This document shows positions 1 through 9,869 of a stretch of DNA of 60,557 nucleotides, piece after piece. Source of the stretch: an uncultured Anaerolineales bacterium (GTDB taxonomy: Bacteria > Chloroflexota > Anaerolineae > Anaerolineales > E44-bin32); assembly GCA_965603565.1 (NCBI GenBank), contig CBFDDM010000002.1:1-60557 (forward strand), written 5' to 3'. The position numbers and the translations under genes are program-made. Within the stretch, counting starts at the first letter, position 1. Each line of letters starts with the position of its first letter. The notes under the pieces were generated by a model. It saw only the letters and a program-made list of their open reading frames with translations. It did no database searches and was not told the origin of the DNA.

Positions 1-80
1 TAGATCCAGAAGCATGCAGCGCATGAAGATTCGGAGTCGGCAGGCGATATGCATGTCGTGAGAGTGAGGATGTACTTCAC

Positions 81-1502
81 ATGCAGCCCATTCTGCTAAA
101 AGGTGGCACGATTGTCACAGATGAGGAGATCCGCGAACAGGATCTCATGATCATTGGTGAGGAAATCGCTGATATCGGCGAGGAAATTTCCCCGGATGGT
201 GCTGAAATTGTTGATGTACACGGAAAATTGATCATGCCTGGGGGGATCGATCCGCATACGCATTTCGACCTGCCGATGTTCAATACGGTTTCTTCGGATG
301 ACCATTACACAGGGCATAAAGCCGCCGCGTTTGGCGGTACAACGACCGTGATGGATTTTGTGCCGCAGGATCATGAGAGTCTGGCAGATTCGATCAAAGT
401 GTGGAACGAGAAAGCCGTGCCGAAAGCGGCCATCGATTACAGTTTCCACATGAATATCACGCGTCTGGACGATCGAGTGCTTGAAGAGATCCCCACACTG
501 CTAGACAAAGGTATCAGCACGCTGAAGATGTTCACCGCGTACAACGGCCGCTTGCGACTGCAGGATGGGGAGATATTCAGGGTCATGCGCGTGGCGGCTG
601 AACACGGCATGCTTCCGATGGTACACGCGGAGAATGGCGACGTAATTGATATCCTGACCAGTGAAGCGCTGGTTGAAGGGAAGACCGATCCCGTATGGCA
701 CGCCTATACGCGCCCAGCCTGGGGCGCAGTGGAAGCGGTACTTCGCAGCGCGGCACTGGCTGCTCAAGCAGGTTCTGCGCTTTACGTCGTGCATGTCAAC
801 ACGGCTGGCGGCCTCGCTCAAATCCAATATGCACGTGAACAGGGATTGCCAGTGATGGGTGAGACCTGCCCGCAGTACCTGTTCTTCACGGTTGAACACC
901 TCATGCGCCCTGATGGATCCAAATGGATATGCTCGCCGCCGATGCGAACAGAGGACGACAACGAAGCGCTCTGGCAGGGACTTTCAAGCGATATGCTGCA
1001 GGTTATGGGAACGGACCACTGCCCGTTCTTCTTTGATGGAAGGACACCGATCGAGTACGAAGGCGAAAAGGTGGCCATACCAGGTAAAGAATTGGGAGCG
1101 GATGACTTTACCCGGATCCCTAACGGCTTGCCAGGGGTTGGCGACCGAATGCCAATTCTGTGGTCATACGGTGTAGGGCAAGGCCGCATCACGATGCGCC
1201 AATTTGTCGCTATGACGAGTACGAATCCAGCTAAAATCTTCGGCCTGTATCCAAAGAAGGGCGCGCTGCTGCCAGGTTCAGATGCTGATATCGTCGTCTG
1301 GGATCCTGAGCGAGAGTTGACTTATGGTGTTGGACATGCGCGCCACCGGACGGATTACAACCTGTATGAAGGCTGGGAACTCAAGGGTTACCCCGAAAAG
1401 GTTTACTTGCGCGGACACCTGATCGTCGATGGGGAGCATTGGTTGGGGGAGCGCGGCATGGGACGGTTTCTGAAGCGTAAACCAGGCGCACCCGTACTGT
1501 AG
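81..1502 (+). CDS. Dihydropyrimidinase / D-hydantoinase (cyclic amidohydrolase)
   Basis: 473-aa ORF. Metal-site motif GGIDPHTHFDLP plus VHAENGD and MGTDHCPF are typical of the hydantoinase/dihydropyrimidinase family. GAGGA lies upstream of ATG 81. Confidence 0.88.
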   Translation: MQPILLKGGTIVTDEEIREQDLMIIGEEIADIGEEISPDGAEIVDVHGKLIMPGGIDPHTHFDLPMFNTVSSDDHYTGHKAAAFGGTTTVMDFVPQDHESLADSIKVWNEKAVPKAAIDYSFHMNITRLDDRVLEEIPTLLDKGISTLKMFTAYNGRLRLQDGEIFRVMRVAAEHGMLPMVHAENGDVIDILTSEALVEGKTDPVWHAYTRPAWGAVEAVLRSAALAAQAGSALYVVHVNTAGGLAQIQYAREQGLPVMGETCPQYLFFTVEHLMRPDGSKWICSPPMRTEDDNEALWQGLSSDMLQVMGTDHCPFFFDGRTPIEYEGEKVAIPGKELGADDFTRIPNGLPGVGDRMPILWSYGVGQGRITMRQFVAMTSTNPAKIFGLYPKKGALLPGSDADIVVWDPERELTYGVGHARHRTDYNLYEGWELKGYPEKVYLRGHLIVDGEHWLGERGMGRFLKRKPGAPVL

Positions 1503-1651
1503 ATATCTTGCTGATGAATAGGTGGGGTGCTAGAATCTAGATTACCCCGAGCTGGTGGTCGCCTCGAGCATACAGTTGGGCGGCGTCGGGCAGCCTCGTC
1601 CGTCGAAAAGTGCCAGTTAGCTCATATATGTAAGGCTAGTGAGCGAAACAT

Positions 1652-2530
1652 ATGAGCTTATGGAAGAACTACTTGATCCCGACTTCAATTGAAGATGCGG
1701 TGAACACTTTAAAGAGGGCTAACGGCCCGGTGGCTATCATCGCGGGTGGCACGGACTTGCTTCTGGACCTGGAGCAGGGGCGCCATTCGCCGGTAGACAC
1801 GCTTGTCGACATCACCCGGATCGAAGAATTCCGGCAGGTGCGAGTTGATCCTGAGGGCATCTTCATCGGCTCCGCCGTAACTCATAATGACATTATCCAC
1901 AACCCCATATTGAAAGACCATGCACAGTGCCTGGTGGAGGGCTGTGGACTCATCGGTGGTCCTCAGGTTCGAAATGTTGCCACGATCGGTGGCAACGTCG
2001 CCCATGCCCTTCCGGCGGGTGACGGCACCATCGCGCTTGTCGCGCTTGATGCAGATGCATGCATCGTGAACTCGGACGGTGAAACATGGCAGCCGATCGG
2101 CGAACTGTTTGCCGGTCCAGGCAAAACCAGATTTGACCGCACACAAGAAATCATCAAGGGGTTTCGAATCCAGCCCAAACACGAAAACGAAGCGTCTGCG
2201 TTCGACCGAGTCATGCGGCCGCAGGGTGTGGCGATCGCGATCCTCAACATGGCGGTTTGGATGCGGCTCGGCGCGGATCGCAATATCGAGCAGATCCGCA
2301 TCGCGGTTGGCCCGGGCGGACCGATACCATTCCGGGCTTATGAGCTTGAGGATTTTATGTGCGGCCAAAAGGCTGATGCGAACACGCTGCAGGATGCGGC
2401 CCAGGCGCTCTTGAACGAGATCCAATTGCGTACCAGCCCTTACAGGGCGACCGAGGCTTACCGCAAGCACCTGATCGCCACTCTGCTTCAGAGAACTGCT
2501 GACCGCATAGCGGAACGGGTCGGAGTGTAA
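1652..2530 (+). CDS. Mo-hydroxylase FAD-binding (medium) subunit, CoxM/XdhB/YgfM-like (set 1)
   Basis: 292 aa. Has the IIAGGTDLLLDL and IGGNVAHALPAGDG motifs of the FAD_binding_5 / CO-dehydrogenase flavoprotein family. Confidence 0.85.
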   Translation: MSLWKNYLIPTSIEDAVNTLKRANGPVAIIAGGTDLLLDLEQGRHSPVDTLVDITRIEEFRQVRVDPEGIFIGSAVTHNDIIHNPILKDHAQCLVEGCGLIGGPQVRNVATIGGNVAHALPAGDGTIALVALDADACIVNSDGETWQPIGELFAGPGKTRFDRTQEIIKGFRIQPKHENEASAFDRVMRPQGVAIAILNMAVWMRLGADRNIEQIRIAVGPGGPIPFRAYELEDFMCGQKADANTLQDAAQALLNEIQLRTSPYRATEAYRKHLIATLLQRTADRIAERVGV

Positions 2531-2567
2531 TCGAATTTGTTGTGTGTTGGTTTATGGAGAATATGTA

Positions 2568-5354
2568 ATGGCAGATCGAATGATCTTAACGGTGAATGGT
2601 AGAGAACACGAGCTCGAGGTTGGGCCCGGCGATATGCTCTCTGACGTGCTGCGTTATCGCCTCGGTTTGACGGGAACGAAGATCGCTTGCGCGGAAGCAG
2701 AATGCGGTTCCTGCACGGTGCTCATGGATGGTCAGACGGTGCTGGCTTGCACACTGCCGGCGATGAAAGCCTCCGGTAAGGAAGTCATGACCATCGAGGG
2801 ACTTCGTGAAAATGGAAATTTGCATCCGATTCAGGATGCCTTTGTAAAGCATGGTGCCGTCCAGTGTGGTTTTTGCATCCCCGGTCAGATCATGACCATT
2901 TACGCTCTCCTGACTAAGAATCCCGAGCCATCCGAAGGCGATATTCGCTATGCGCTGAAAGATACCCTCTGCCGCTGTGGCGCCTATCCGCGCATCGTCT
3001 CCGCCGTTCAAGCGGCAGGGGAGAGCTTGAGAACCGGTCAGCCAGTGACCGAGCCAGATTTATCCATATCCGGCGACGAACGGCTGGTCGGGGGTTACGC
3101 CTGGCGCCCGGACGCCATCGCAAAAGTGGATGGTACCGCCATGTACAGCGATGATTATGAATTTGCCGGCATGCTGCATGCTGCCGTGCTGCGTGCCGGA
3201 ATCCCGCATGGGGTCGTACGCAGGATCGATTTTGATCGTGCCCGGGAGATGGAGGGCGTACATGCCGTCCTAACGGCAGCGGACATTCCGGGGCGCGTGA
3301 ATCACGGGGTTGTCTATCATGACTGGCCGGCGCTCGTGGGTGTAGGTGAGAAAGTCCGCTACGTCGGGGACGCGCTCGCAATCGTCGTCGCCGAAAGCCG
3401 TAAGGTCGCTCAAAAAGCATTGGCCGAGATCGAGGTCCAGATCGAAGCCCTGCCAGTCGTCAGCGATCCGGTCGAGGCACACCAGCCGGAGGCGCCGGCA
3501 GTTCATGAAAATGGCAACCTGCTCAAGCACATCAAAGTACGTAAAGGTGATATTGATATAGGTTTCGAGCAGGCCGACGTGATCTTTGAGCAGGTATATA
3601 CGACTCCCGCCATGGACCATGTCTTCATGGAGCCGGAGTGCAGCATTGCGCGTGTTACCGATGATGGACGCGTTGAGGTGTACGTAGGTTCGCAGATCCC
3701 ATACGAAGACCGTGAGCAGATTGCCGCTGCTCTGGGGATTGAGGAAAGCCGGGTGCGCGTGATCGGTACGCTGATCGGCGGCGGCTTCGGCGGTAAGGAA
3801 GACATTGCCGGGCAGATTCACGCGGCGTTAGCCGCTTACCATACCGGGAGACCGGTTAAAATCCTCTTCGATCGCAACGAGAGTCTAATCGTGCACCCCA
3901 AGCGCCATGCAACTCAAATAAGAGTGCGTCTTGGCGCCAAGAAGGATGGCGCGCTCGTCGCGGTGCAGACGGAACTTTATGGCGATACGGGTGCATACGC
4001 ATCACTGGGTGACAAGGTCATGGGTCGAGCGACGACTCATTCGGCCGGTCCCTACATCATCCCACACGTGAAATCAGACTGCTACGCAATGTACACCAAT
4101 AACCCACCGGCAGGCGCTTTCCGCGGATTTGGCGCGCTGCAGTCCATTTTCGCCATCGAGACAGCCATGGATGAATTGTCCGAAGTGCTGGACATCGATC
4201 CAGTCGAGCTGCGGCGCATGAACGCCCTTAAGGAAGGATCGATAACAAACACAGGACAGATGCTGAGCGAGAGTGTCGGGCTTCTGGAGTGCATCGATCA
4301 CGTGCATACACGTCTGAAAGAAATTGCCGGTGATGATCCGTTTTCGCCTCAAGAGGTTGAAGGAATGCCGCACCTGCGGAGGGCGTGGGGGCTCACGCTG
4401 GCATTCAAGAACACCGGTTTGGGAGAAGGTGCGCCAGATCGCGCCACGGCTGAGATCGAATTATTTACCGATGGCACGGTCGAGGCGCGCACCTCCTCGG
4501 CGGAAATCGGACAGGGACTTGTGACCGTCTTACAGTTGGTGGCGGCTGAAGAGCTTGGTATGCCGCTCGACAAGGTGCGCGTGCTGCTCTCCGATACCGA
4601 TCTCACACCGGATGGTGGTCCCACCACCGGATCCCGCCAGACCTACATAAGCGGCAACGCAGTGAGGTACGCTGCAGGCGCGCTGCGTGAAGCGATATCC
4701 GCGACGCTCGCCGAGAAATACGATGTGCCGCCCGAATCGATCCGCTATGTGGAAGGCTTGGCGCAGGTTGATGGACACGAGATCAGCATGGGCCAGGCTG
4801 CTTCAATCATGAACGAGGAAGGCCGCAAACCGCTCGTTTCTTACGAGTACTGGGCTCCAGAAACCTACCCGTTGGAAACGGAGGGCGACAAACACTTCGC
4901 ATTTTCGTTCGCGGCTCAGGCAGCGCAGATTGAGATCGACCTGCTCACCGGACAGGTGAAAGTTCTGCGGGTAATCGCAGCCAATGATGTTGGACGTGCG
5001 ATCAACCCGCTCGGGTTGCTTGGACAGGTGGAGGGCGGTGTGATCATGGGCGTAGGCCACGCGCTCACCGAAGAATTCATCCTCGAGAGCGGTCTTGTCT
5101 GGACGGATCAGCTTGCGCGCTACCGTATGCCCTCGATCGAGCAAACGCCCGAGATCGAATCCATCGTGGTTGAGCATCCGACCGCAGAAGGCCCTTACGG
5201 AGCCAAGGGAGTCGGTGAAATTTCGACGATGCCGACCATCCCGGCGATCACAAATGCGGTCTACAATGCCTGCGGCGTGCGTCTTCGCACGATCCCAATA
5301 GACCAGGATTGGCTCGCTCTGGAGATCGCCCGGAAGGGGAACGATGGGCCCTGA
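2568..5354 (+). CDS. Fused [2Fe-2S] + molybdopterin-binding subunit of xanthine dehydrogenase family (XdhD-like, set 1)
   Basis: N-terminal FeS motifs CAEAECGSCTV, QCGFCIPG and CRCGAY are followed by Mo-binding domains (LIGGGFGGKED). GGAG lies 8 nt before ATG 2568. The track ORF begins at GTG 2544. Confidence 0.88.
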   Translation: MADRMILTVNGREHELEVGPGDMLSDVLRYRLGLTGTKIACAEAECGSCTVLMDGQTVLACTLPAMKASGKEVMTIEGLRENGNLHPIQDAFVKHGAVQCGFCIPGQIMTIYALLTKNPEPSEGDIRYALKDTLCRCGAYPRIVSAVQAAGESLRTGQPVTEPDLSISGDERLVGGYAWRPDAIAKVDGTAMYSDDYEFAGMLHAAVLRAGIPHGVVRRIDFDRAREMEGVHAVLTAADIPGRVNHGVVYHDWPALVGVGEKVRYVGDALAIVVAESRKVAQKALAEIEVQIEALPVVSDPVEAHQPEAPAVHENGNLLKHIKVRKGDIDIGFEQADVIFEQVYTTPAMDHVFMEPECSIARVTDDGRVEVYVGSQIPYEDREQIAAALGIEESRVRVIGTLIGGGFGGKEDIAGQIHAALAAYHTGRPVKILFDRNESLIVHPKRHATQIRVRLGAKKDGALVAVQTELYGDTGAYASLGDKVMGRATTHSAGPYIIPHVKSDCYAMYTNNPPAGAFRGFGALQSIFAIETAMDELSEVLDIDPVELRRMNALKEGSITNTGQMLSESVGLLECIDHVHTRLKEIAGDDPFSPQEVEGMPHLRRAWGLTLAFKNTGLGEGAPDRATAEIELFTDGTVEARTSSAEIGQGLVTVLQLVAAEELGMPLDKVRVLLSDTDLTPDGGPTTGSRQTYISGNAVRYAAGALREAISATLAEKYDVPPESIRYVEGLAQVDGHEISMGQAASIMNEEGRKPLVSYEYWAPETYPLETEGDKHFAFSFAAQAAQIEIDLLTGQVKVLRVIAANDVGRAINPLGLLGQVEGGVIMGVGHALTEEFILESGLVWTDQLARYRMPSIEQTPEIESIVVEHPTAEGPYGAKGVGEISTMPTIPAITNAVYNACGVRLRTIPIDQDWLALEIARKGNDGP

Positions 5355-5976
5355 GCGCGGCGATCGTTGGCTTCATTGGGCGCGTGAGATTCAGGCGCTG
5401 GCCAAAACCGGTCAGCATTACGCTCGCAACGCATTTGAGGAGGAGCGGGCGGAGAGGTTGATCGAAATCGCGGCCGAGATGATCGCCGCGAACAGCAACC
5501 TTTCATTGGATCAACTGAACCTCGCATTTGAGCAGCAGCCAGGCTATGTCACACCAAAGGTGGACGTGCGTGGCGCAGTTTTTAATCAGGGCAAATTGCT
5601 GATGGTTCGGGAGGTGATGGACGGGGGTTGGACGCTTCCGGGGGGATGGGCGGATGTCGGCGAGCCACCTGCGCTGGCGACGGAGCGTGAAGTGCTTGAA
5701 GAAGCCGGCCTTGAGGTAAAGGCAATGCGGCTGGTCGGTGTCTACGATGCCAACCGCGTGCCCGGATCGCTGGACCTCTTCCATGCTTATAAGTTAATTT
5801 TCATGTGTGATTTGATCGGTGGTGAGATCAGCACGAGCCACGAGACCTCCGCTGGCGGCTTCTTCACACCGGACAAGCTGCCCGAGCCACTTTCCGGATT
5901 CCGCACGACGCGTCGGCATCTTGAGGATATTTTCCGGGCGTATGAGCATGAAAACATGCCGACGGTTTTTGATTGA
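5344..5976 (+). CDS. Nudix hydrolase with Nudix N-terminal helical domain
   Basis: Nudix box GGWADVGEPPALATEREVLEEAGLEV. Overlaps the upstream hydroxylase gene by 11 nt. Confidence 0.85.
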   Translation: MGPERGDRWLHWAREIQALAKTGQHYARNAFEEERAERLIEIAAEMIAANSNLSLDQLNLAFEQQPGYVTPKVDVRGAVFNQGKLLMVREVMDGGWTLPGGWADVGEPPALATEREVLEEAGLEVKAMRLVGVYDANRVPGSLDLFHAYKLIFMCDLIGGEISTSHETSAGGFFTPDKLPEPLSGFRTTRRHLEDIFRAYEHENMPTVFD

Positions 5977-5990
5977 AAGGGAAACCGCTG

Positions 5991-7346
5991 ATGTTAATCA
6001 CAAATGCCAGGGTTATCACATGGACAGGTGAAGAAATACTTGAAGATCACGCGGTGCTCATCAAGGATGGGAAGATCGCTGCAATCGGGCCCACCAAAAA
6101 ACTGGGCGAGAAGCATCAGGACGAGGAGCGCTTGGACGCTGATGGCAAATTCTGCATGCCCGGCAATATATGCGCCCACACCCATTTCTACGGCGCGTTT
6201 GCACGCGGCATGGCTATCCCGGGCAGAGCGCCAAAGGATTTTCCCGAGATCCTGAACAAGCTATGGTGGCCGCTGGATAAGGCGCTGCGTGAGGAAGATG
6301 TACGCTACTCGGCGCTGGTTTGTTTGGTCGATGCCATCAAGCATGGGACAACGACATTGATCGATCATCACGCTTCACCTAACGCCATTTCTGGCTCACT
6401 GGATGTCATCGCGGATGCAGTTGATCGGTCCGGCTTGCGAGCCGTGCTGTGTTATGAGGTCACCGACCGCGATGGAGATGAGAAAGCGCTCGCGGGGATC
6501 AAAGAGAACGTGCGTTTTATCCAGCGTTCAGCGGGTGGGAACGTCGCGGGAGGCCGAGTACGCGGCACGTTTGGGCTGCATGCCAGCCTGACATTGTCGG
6601 ACGAGACGCTGGAAGCCTGCCGCAATGCGGCGCCGGAGGGGACGGGGTTCCATATCCATGTGGCTGAGCACGAATCCGATGAATACGACAGCCTTGCGAA
6701 AGCGGGCACCAGGGTGGTAGATCGGCTGCTTGATCATGGTATTCTAGGAGCGCACACGATCGTCGCTCATGCCATCCACGTGGATGCGCGTGAGGTGGAG
6801 ATCCTTGCGGAAACGGGTACCTGGGTCACACACCAGCCGCGGTCGAATATGAACAACGGGGTAGGCGCCGCAGCGGTTGAATCGATGTTGAGAGCCGGGA
6901 TCCCGGTGTGTCTGGGCAACGATGGTTTCTCCAATGCGATGTGGGCGGAATGGAAGACAGCTTATCTGCTGCATAAGGTCTGGCACCGCGATCCGCGCCG
7001 TATGCAGGGTGATACGGTTGTTGAACTTGCGGTTGAAAATAACGCGGCCCTCGCCGGTGTCTTCTTCCCTGACATGCCACCTGGCAAAGTCGAAGTAGGT
7101 GCGGCTGCCGACCTGATCCTGGTTGATTACCACCCAACCACGCCGCTCACGATCGGAAATTTGCCCTGGCACATCCAGTTTGGGTTCCATGAGTCAATGA
7201 TCAAGACAACGATCGTGGCCGGTGAAGTACTGATGCACGAAGGCGAGCTGCTGACGTTGGATGAAGAAGAGATCACCGAACGTGCCCGCGCCCTCGTCCC
7301 GGATGTATGGGAGCGCTACCGGACGTTCGTACCAGCCGACGAATAA
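5991..7346 (+). CDS. ssnA: SsnA-like aminohydrolase (chlorohydrolase/guanine-deaminase-type amidohydrolase)
   Basis: MLITNARVITW... N-terminus with PGNICAHTHFYGAFARGM and HVAEHESD motifs of the amidohydrolase superfamily, SsnA-like. ATG 5991 has AAGGGA upstream. The track start is TTG 5973. Confidence 0.7.
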   Translation: MLITNARVITWTGEEILEDHAVLIKDGKIAAIGPTKKLGEKHQDEERLDADGKFCMPGNICAHTHFYGAFARGMAIPGRAPKDFPEILNKLWWPLDKALREEDVRYSALVCLVDAIKHGTTTLIDHHASPNAISGSLDVIADAVDRSGLRAVLCYEVTDRDGDEKALAGIKENVRFIQRSAGGNVAGGRVRGTFGLHASLTLSDETLEACRNAAPEGTGFHIHVAEHESDEYDSLAKAGTRVVDRLLDHGILGAHTIVAHAIHVDAREVEILAETGTWVTHQPRSNMNNGVGAAAVESMLRAGIPVCLGNDGFSNAMWAEWKTAYLLHKVWHRDPRRMQGDTVVELAVENNAALAGVFFPDMPPGKVEVGAAADLILVDYHPTTPLTIGNLPWHIQFGFHESMIKTTIVAGEVLMHEGELLTLDEEEITERARALVPDVWERYRTFVPADE

Positions 7347-7369
7347 ATGAGCAATGATTGGGAGAAAAT

Positions 7370-8032
7370 ATGTCAGATAAATTAATCCTCACACTAGCAC
7401 TGGTCGGCGGAACAGGAAAAATTGGCCCCGGGCTGGCGATGCGTTGGGCACAGGCTGGCTATCGCGTCATCATCGGGTCGCGGCAGACTGAGAAAGCCCA
7501 GGGCGTCGCCGATAAACTCAATGAGCAGCTCGGCATCGAATCGATTCAGGGGATGGAAAACAGCGCGGCGGTTTCAAACGCCGATATCGCTGTGCTGACC
7601 GTCAAGCAGGATGCGCATGCGGCGACGGTAACTGCGCTGAAAGATGTCTTGAAAGGCAAGATCGTGGTCGACACGACCGCCCGCGTCGATTTTCGAGATC
7701 CTGCTCCGCCGGAGCCGCCAGCCGCGCCGCGCTACGCGCAAGAGGAGATCGGTCCGGAGGCGCGTGTTGTGGCTGCATTTCAGACCGTACCCGCTCACCG
7801 ACTGAAAGAAAACCTCGATGAGCCGCTTGATATGGACGTGCTTGTATGTGCGGATGATGTTGGAGCGGCGGAGGAAGTCATCAAGCTTGTCGAAGGTGCA
7901 GGACTGAATGGATATTATGCCGGCAACCTGGATAACGCCGTCGTGGTCGAAGGACTTACGGCCATTTTGATCGCGATGAACAAGCACTACGGCACGAAGA
8001 AAGCCAGTGTTCGCGTCACCGGCGTGAGATAG
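7370..8032 (+). CDS. npdG: NADPH-dependent F420 reductase (Fno/NpdG)
   Basis: LALVGGTGKIGPGLAMRWAQAGYRVIIGSR dinucleotide fold, and the size (about 220 aa) is typical. GGAG lies 5 nt before ATG 7370. Confidence 0.8.
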   Translation: MSDKLILTLALVGGTGKIGPGLAMRWAQAGYRVIIGSRQTEKAQGVADKLNEQLGIESIQGMENSAAVSNADIAVLTVKQDAHAATVTALKDVLKGKIVVDTTARVDFRDPAPPEPPAAPRYAQEEIGPEARVVAAFQTVPAHRLKENLDEPLDMDVLVCADDVGAAEEVIKLVEGAGLNGYYAGNLDNAVVVEGLTAILIAMNKHYGTKKASVRVTGVR

Positions 8033-8034
8033 GA

Positions 8035-8811
8035 ATGCAAGCCAAACAGCTCATCTTCACCGCTCTGCCGGGTCTTCCATTAATCGAGGCAGGCGACGAT
8101 CTTGTACGCTTGATACTCGAGGGCATGCAAAAAGCCGAACTCGAGATCGAGAATGGTGATGTTTTCATCCTCGCTCAAAAGATTGTCTCAAAATCTGAAG
8201 GTCGCTTAACCTACCTGCCTGATGTCGAACCCTCTTCAGAAGCGCTCCAGCTAGCCGAAGAAACTGGCAAAGACCCACGCATCCTGGAGGTCATATTAGC
8301 AGAAAGCCACTCCATCCTACGGCAGCGAGAAGGGTTGATCGTCGTAGAGCATCGCCTGGGATTTGTCTGCGCCAATGCAGGCGTAGACCGCTCCAATGTA
8401 CGTGGCGAGTACGGGGAAGATGAAGATTGGGTCCTGTTGTTGCCCGAGGATCCTGAACGATCAGCACATGAACTGAAAGATGAATTGGAGCGCACCTCAG
8501 GCAAGCAGCTCGCTGTGTTGATTATCGATTCACACGGACGCGCCTGGCGTATGGGAACAGCGGGAGTGTGTATCGGAGCGGCAGGCTTTCCTGCGTTGCT
8601 CGATCTTCGCGGCGAGCCGGATCTCTTCGATGTCACGCTAAAGAGCACGGAGGTGGGGTTGGCTGATGAGATCGCTTCAGGTGCATCCGCATTGATGGGT
8701 CAGGCGGACGAAGGCCGCCCTGTTATCCACCTGCGTGGACTGCCCTATCCATTACGCGATGGATCCTGTAAGGAAATTATCAGGCCCAAGGAGCAGGATC
8801 TTTTCCGCTGA
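8035..8811 (+). CDS. cofE: Coenzyme F420-0:L-glutamate ligase (CofE / FbiB N-domain)
   Basis: 258 aa. Has AQKIVSKSEGRL, ANAGVDRSNV and IIDSHGRAWRMGTAGVCIG, which are characteristic of CofE. Confidence 0.85.
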   Translation: MQAKQLIFTALPGLPLIEAGDDLVRLILEGMQKAELEIENGDVFILAQKIVSKSEGRLTYLPDVEPSSEALQLAEETGKDPRILEVILAESHSILRQREGLIVVEHRLGFVCANAGVDRSNVRGEYGEDEDWVLLLPEDPERSAHELKDELERTSGKQLAVLIIDSHGRAWRMGTAGVCIGAAGFPALLDLRGEPDLFDVTLKSTEVGLADEIASGASALMGQADEGRPVIHLRGLPYPLRDGSCKEIIRPKEQDLFR

Positions 8812-8856
8812 TCAGATATGATCTTGAGTAGAGAGGATAGACAAAAGGGATTCAAC

Positions 8857-9258
8857 ATGACAGTCGATTATCCAGAATCGCACAAAGATTTACTCAAAGA
8901 TGAAACCAAAGCGTTCGCGGTCCTCGCCACGCTGATGGATGACGGGACGCCACAGGCAACGCCGATCTGGTTCGATTACGTCGATGGCAAAATCATGTTC
9001 AACACGGCGCGCGGTCGTGTTAAAGAGCAGAATCTGGCCAGGCGGCAAGAAATTGCGCTCGTGATCCTTGACCCTGATGACCCTTACCGCTACATGCAAG
9101 TGCGCGGCAGGGTTGTGGATGAGACGGAGGAAAGTGCCCGGGAGCATATTGATGAACTCGCCGGAAAGTATACGGGTGAAGCGGATTATAAGAATTACCG
9201 TGGCGAAACACGCGTGAAATACACGGTCGAACCACAGTCGACCAGCGCAATGGGATGA
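8857..9258 (+). CDS. PPOX-class (pyridoxamine 5'-phosphate oxidase fold) probable F420-dependent enzyme
   Basis: Small split-barrel protein with FAVLATLMDDGTPQATPIWF motif. AAGGGA lies before ATG 8857. An alternative ATG exists at 8818. Confidence 0.65.
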   Translation: MTVDYPESHKDLLKDETKAFAVLATLMDDGTPQATPIWFDYVDGKIMFNTARGRVKEQNLARRQEIALVILDPDDPYRYMQVRGRVVDETEESAREHIDELAGKYTGEADYKNYRGETRVKYTVEPQSTSAMG

Positions 9259-9869
9259 GTGCAGTAGCCGATTCGTTCCATGCCCTTGTGCATGATCGCC
9301 GTTCCATCCGGCGTTTCAAGGATACACCGGTCTCAGAAGCTGTGATCAAACGCGTGCTGGAGGCCGGCATTCAAGCGCCTTCGGCACACAACCGTCAGCC
9401 CTGGCGATTCGTCGTGTTGAGAGCTCCAGAAGCGACAGAGTCCCTTGCTCGCAAAATGGGCGCACGACTGCGGGCTGATCTCGAGAAGGACGGCCTGGAA
9501 CCCGCAGCGATCGAGAAAGATGTCTCGCGCTCCTATGCGCGCATAACCGGCGCACCGGCCGCTGTGGTGATCTGCATGGATGAAGCGACGTTGGATGAAT
9601 ATCCTGACGAGGAGCGCAGCCGCGCTGAATTTCTGATGGGAGTCCAGGGCGTCGCGATGGCCGGTGAGAATATCCTGCTGGCAGCGCATGCCGAAGGGTT
9701 AGGCGGCTGCTGGATCTGCGCGCCTTTGTTCGTGCCGGAACTGGTGCAAGAGGAACTTGGCTTGCTACCCGGTTGGATCCCGCTGGGGTTGATCCTGCTT
9801 GGCTATCCGGTCGGTACCGGGAGGATACGTGGTCGCAAGCCGCTCGAGGAGGTCACTCTCTGGAAATGA
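9255..9869 (+). CDS. Nitroreductase-family protein, FbiB C-terminal-domain-like (candidate dehydro-F420-0 reductase)
   Basis: 204 aa. Has RRSIRRF and SAHNRQPWRFVVL nitroreductase motifs. ATGA overlaps on both sides, and it sits between cofE and cofD. Confidence 0.65.
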   Translation: MSAVADSFHALVHDRRSIRRFKDTPVSEAVIKRVLEAGIQAPSAHNRQPWRFVVLRAPEATESLARKMGARLRADLEKDGLEPAAIEKDVSRSYARITGAPAAVVICMDEATLDEYPDEERSRAEFLMGVQGVAMAGENILLAAHAEGLGGCWICAPLFVPELVQEELGLLPGWIPLGLILLGYPVGTGRIRGRKPLEEVTLWK

